DNA of 30,922 nt, from IMG/VR virus record IMGVR_UViG_3300042507_004482, positions 1 to 30,922 of that record, one strand, 5' to 3'. A program made the position numbers and the translations under genes. The notes beneath the pieces are model-generated. The model had not been told where the DNA came from, ran no database searches, and saw only the letters and a list, made by a program, of their open reading frames with translations. This DNA is from a virus. Taxonomy: Duplodnaviria > Caudoviricetes. Of the stretch, positions 28,086-30,922 are shown piece after piece (within the stretch, counting starts at the first letter, position 1; every line of letters starts with the position of its first letter).

Positions 28086-28115
28086 AAAACCCCTGTCCTT
28101 GTGATGGGGGTTTTT
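28086..28115. terminator. Bidirectional terminator between convergent genes
   Basis: AAAACCCCTGTC-CTTGT-GATGGGGGTTTTTT. Confidence 0.75.
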
Positions 28116-28471
28116 TATTTGCAGTCCTCCCAAGTGAAGTGTTTTGTATTTTTCGCAGGACGGTCTTTTAAGGTCAAATACGGGTGTTTCTCTATGAATT
28201 GGGGGTGTATATCCATTTCAGGATTATAACCGATTATAGATAGGATTCTGTAAGTCTGGCACCATTCTGACTTCCTGATACCTTTCATATCTATGTGAGT
28301 TGAATCAACATCTCTGTTTTCATCATCTTTTGCTCTATAACCTTTACGATACATTTTACCATACTCACTCTCACACATTTTACATTGTCCATTGAGTCCA
28401 TCAGAGTTCATTTTTCTTTTACCGAATTCTTCAAGTGGTTTTTCTATCCTACATTTCTTACATTTTTTCAT
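28115..28471 (-). CDS. CxxC...CxxC zinc-finger protein (N-terminal domain of the endonuclease VII/HNH type, with no visible nuclease domain)
   Basis: MKKCKKCRIEKPLEEF...DGLNGQCKMC. It is the only credible minus-strand gene and has its own promoter motif and terminator. Confidence 0.75.
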   Translation of the reverse strand: MKKCKKCRIEKPLEEFGKRKMNSDGLNGQCKMCESEYGKMYRKGYRAKDDENRDVDSTHIDMKGIRKSEWCQTYRILSIIGYNPEMDIHPQFIEKHPYLTLKDRPAKNTKHFTWEDCK

Positions 28472-28475
28472 ATTA

Positions 28476-28519
28476 ATAAATATAAACTTGATTCTTTTGT
28501 TTGTAAACGATATACTTAT
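28476..28519. promoter_or_regulatory. Overlapping divergent promoters
   Basis: Minus strand TTTACA-N17-TATATTTAT-N4-ATG (28471). Plus strand TTGATT-N17-TATACTTAT upstream of 28555. Confidence 0.65.
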
Positions 28520-28554
28520 AGATACTAAACATACTGAACCAAAAAAAAAGATAA

Positions 28555-28980
28555 ATGAAAAATGTAATAATCTACGACAGTCACTTTGAACTAATGAAAA
28601 ATCTGACTGATGAACAAGCAGGAATCCTAATCAAATCGGTTGGGTTATTCAAAAACGGACAAGAACCCACAATAACCGACCCGCTTATCTTGGGTATTTT
28701 TATGGTAATTCGCCGTGACTTTGAAATTCAATCACAGAATTATTCAAAGAAAGTTGAAACAAACAAGAGAAATGGAGTATTAGGCGGTAGACCTAAAACC
28801 CAAAATAACCCAATGGGTTTTCCTGAAACCCAACCTAACCCACAAAACCTTAAAGATAAAGAGAAAGATAAAGAGAAAGATAAAGAGAAAGATAAAGAGA
28901 AAGATAAAGAGAAAGATAAAGATATAGATAAAGAATTAGAAATGCAATTATTGAAAGTTCAAGAAAAATTCAATTTATAA
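28555..28980 (+). CDS. DUF6291-like replication initiator/organiser, short form
   Basis: IIYDS...LTDEQAGILIK...NKRNGVLGGRPK, followed by iteron-coded and KDKE repeats. Confidence 0.7.
   Translation: MKNVIIYDSHFELMKNLTDEQAGILIKSVGLFKNGQEPTITDPLILGIFMVIRRDFEIQSQNYSKKVETNKRNGVLGGRPKTQNNPMGFPETQPNPQNLKDKEKDKEKDKEKDKEKDKEKDKDIDKELEMQLLKVQEKFNL
28795..28850. other. Putative replication origin iterons
   Basis: AACCCA at 28797, 28807, 28827 and 28837 (10-bp phase), with an inverted TGGGTT at 28814. Confidence 0.55.
28852..28935 (+). repeat. 12-bp tandem repeat AAAGATAAAGAG (5 perfect and 2 degenerate copies) encoding KDKE
   Basis: Read directly from the sequence. Confidence 0.95.
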
Positions 28981-29002
28981 TAAAGTATTTATAGTATACC
29001 AT

Positions 29003-29293
29003 ATGGAAGAATTTAATAACTTTTTGAACAAGTATTTGAACACAGATGTGAGAGAATATTTTCAACTAAAAGAAGAAGATAAAGAACACATATCTGATGT
29101 TATTGCTAATCACTACAAAAGAGCATTACAAATAGAACCAAAACTTATTTGGATGTATATTGATAAGATTCAAGGAACAATAGAGAAATCAGAAGAACAG
29201 GAAAACTATGAGATAGCAGATATCTTCAAGAGAACATTGGATAAGTTAAACCAAGATTGTTCTGAATATAAATATTTTCCAAAAGAAGATTGA
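29003..29293 (+). CDS. Hypothetical protein with a UVR-like motif
   Basis: SEEQENYEIADIFKRTL resembles the UvrB/UvrC coiled-coil motif. It is preceded by GTATTTAT at 28985. Confidence 0.55.
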   Translation: MEEFNNFLNKYLNTDVREYFQLKEEDKEHISDVIANHYKRALQIEPKLIWMYIDKIQGTIEKSEEQENYEIADIFKRTLDKLNQDCSEYKYFPKED

Positions 29294-29321
29294 TACTTCA
29301 CCCAACTTTACCTATAATTAT
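29290..29321 (+). promoter_or_regulatory. Promoter TTGATA-N17-TATAATTAT
   Basis: Sigma70-like spacing, and a near-duplicate of 23757-23788. Confidence 0.65.
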
Positions 29322-29333
29322 AAAAAAAAATAT

Positions 29334-29573
29334 ATGAAATTAAATCCAAGAGAGCAAGCCGTTTTTGATATTATCGTTAAGGATATTGATAACTCAGACA
29401 AACCTTATTCAACTTTATCCAACATTGACTTGGGAATGAAATTGAACATTTCTCCAAACATTACAAGAGATAAAGTAAGAAAATTAGTTCTTAAAGGTGC
29501 ACTCCAACGAGTAGAAGATTTTTGGACACCAGAAGGAAAATATTACAATAGGGTTTTGTATAAAGGAAAGTAA
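29334..29573 (+). CDS. Winged helix-turn-helix DNA-binding protein
   Basis: LSNIDLGMKLNISPNITRDKVRKLVLKGALQR. Confidence 0.75.
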   Translation: MKLNPREQAVFDIIVKDIDNSDKPYSTLSNIDLGMKLNISPNITRDKVRKLVLKGALQRVEDFWTPEGKYYNRVLYKGK

Positions 29574-29584
29574 ACCAAATTATC

Positions 29585-30088
29585 TTGAATAAGTGGATAG
29601 AAGAAAACCTTAAAGAATTAAAACTAATCTGTAATAAGATTACAAGGTCTGATGATGTCGATGACCTACTTCAACTATGTATAGAACAACTTCTCAAAAA
29701 TCAGAGAGCGTATTCACTCCCTGACCAAGAGAGGTTGTATTTTTTTGCACGAATAGTTAGAAACAATTATTCTTCAAAGAGTTCTCCCTACTATCATCAA
29801 TACAAGAAATATCAATTCATTGAATTCAAGGATATAGATATTCCTGATGTTGAATATAGGGAATCACCAATTAACATTGAATGGGTGAATAACAAGATAA
29901 CACAAGACAAGAAAACAGATAAGTGGTATTTTGCTCGTCTATTTCAAATCTATCTTGAAGAAGATTGTTCAATCAAGAATACCGCTAAGAGAACAACCAT
30001 TCCCCCCAATACGGTATCAAAAGACATAAACTCATACCGCAGAGATTTAAGAACTGCAAGACAAAATTTTTTAGACAATGGGATGTAA
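29585..30088 (+). CDS. Phage-encoded ECF-like RNA polymerase sigma factor
   Basis: Region-2-like DDVDDLLQLCIEQLL...FFARIVRN and region-4-like SIKNTAKRTTIPPNTVSKDI. TTG start. Confidence 0.7.
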   Translation: MNKWIEENLKELKLICNKITRSDDVDDLLQLCIEQLLKNQRAYSLPDQERLYFFARIVRNNYSSKSSPYYHQYKKYQFIEFKDIDIPDVEYRESPINIEWVNNKITQDKKTDKWYFARLFQIYLEEDCSIKNTAKRTTIPPNTVSKDINSYRRDLRTARQNFLDNGM

Positions 30089-30395
30089 TTGTAAATCAAA
30101 ACAAGTCCAATCAAAACCACAAATTATTAGAGAAGGGGATATTACAGTTATCTCTCAACCTTCGAAACCAAACTATTCAAGGGAAGAAATTAATAGAGCC
30201 ATAAACTATGTAAGAGGTGTTACAAACGCACCTGAGGAAAGGAGATGGACAGTAAATTTTCACAACTCGCATTTCTCAGAACAACTTATTCCAAGTTGTG
30301 CTTCCTGTTGGGAGAGAGTCAAATCAAGAATGGAACACCTAAATCAAAAACTAACAGAATATGAGCAATACGAATCCAGTAGGGAGACCACTTAA
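30078..30395 (+). CDS. Hypothetical Cys-containing protein
   Basis: N-terminal MGCNCK and an SCASC motif. Confidence 0.65.
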   Translation: MGCNCKSKQVQSKPQIIREGDITVISQPSKPNYSREEINRAINYVRGVTNAPEERRWTVNFHNSHFSEQLIPSCASCWERVKSRMEHLNQKLTEYEQYESSRETT

Positions 30396-30792
30396 AAACT
30401 TAAATGACCTACCACAAAATTGGAAACTCATCTGCCAAGAGATGGGTCAGGAAGGCATGTTTGATGTGGACCTAAGAGTAAAACTTGGAATCACAAAAGA
30501 TACATTCTACTCTTTATTACAAAATGAACCAGAATTTTCCGAAGCCGTTTCTGAGTTCAGAGAATTATCTCACACTTGGTGGTCATCAATACCAAGAAAG
30601 GGATTCAAGAATGGTGAATCAAAGAATCTAAATTCTAATCTTTATTCTCTGATAATGAGAAATAGATTTAAGGATGAATGGAATGCTGAGAAGAAAGTCG
30701 ACATCACAACAGGTGGAGACAAATTAGATTCCAATAATAAAATTCAAATAGAGATTCTAAAAACAAAAATTGACGAAGAACCAAATGAGTAA
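30361..30792 (+). CDS. terS: Probable terminase small subunit
   Basis: N-terminal VGRP, HTH-like LRVKLGITKDTFYSL, EPEFSEAV and C-terminal KVDITTGGDKL. Confidence 0.7.
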   Translation: MSNTNPVGRPLKNLNDLPQNWKLICQEMGQEGMFDVDLRVKLGITKDTFYSLLQNEPEFSEAVSEFRELSHTWWSSIPRKGFKNGESKNLNSNLYSLIMRNRFKDEWNAEKKVDITTGGDKLDSNNKIQIEILKTKIDEEPNE

Positions 30793-30922
30793 TTCAAGAC
30801 AAACAACATTTCCAATTAAGCAGTATCCAAACATTCAAGTTAAGTCAGGAACAATGGATGCTCAGACAATGAAAGCGTGTTACTTAGAGTTCAAAGGAAC
30901 AATCGAGACAGGTGATGAGGAC
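30785..30922 (+). CDS. Hypothetical protein, 3' truncated
   Basis: MSNSRQTTFPIKQYPNIQVKSGTMDAQTMKACYLEFKGTIETGDED is open to the window end and overlaps the terS stop. Confidence 0.55.
   Translation, partial: MSNSRQTTFPIKQYPNIQVKSGTMDAQTMKACYLEFKGTIETGDED

Noticed and set aside
28852-28935. Possible CRISPR array
   Set aside because: These are head-to-tail 12-bp repeats with no spacers, inside a coding frame.
1-30922. Stop-codon reassignment, tRNA genes or introns
   Set aside because: Genes tile densely in the standard code, TAA, TAG and TGA all act as stops, and I saw no cloverleaf or interrupted core gene.

Overview
The window is an AT-rich, almost entirely plus-strand tailed-phage (siphovirus-like) genome. 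It opens inside the large terminase and ends just after a probable small terminase, so it is probably most of a circularly permuted genome. A Bacteroidota host is inferred from TTTG-N19/20-TAnnTTnG promoters, A-rich translation starts without Shine-Dalgarno sites and an LMSC lipobox. Bases 1-23.6 kb are morphogenesis genes in a non-canonical order: TerL, a frameshifting chaperone, tail genes, tape measure, XkdF-type protease, scaffold, capsid, major tail, portal and adaptor. Bases 23.6-28.1 kb hold a candidate small RNA and an array of small genes separated by a repeated promoter element. Bases 28.1-30.9 kb hold a short DUF6291-like initiator with iterons, an HTH protein, a phage sigma factor and TerS. 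The main signals are: (1) Pro/Thr mucin-like stalks and a recurring small Cys module grafted onto five virion proteins; (2) an ATATTTAT motif 4-5 nt before start codons on both strands, suggesting leaderless phage-sigma transcripts; (3) a ~110-nt sRNA driven by that motif, with anti-AUG loops; (4) a promoter-repeat cassette array in which upstream stop codons lie inside the repeat; (5) a -1 frameshift with both frames open for about 80 codons. No integrase, polymerase, helicase or lysin is visible. All product calls come from motif recognition by eye, without database searches.
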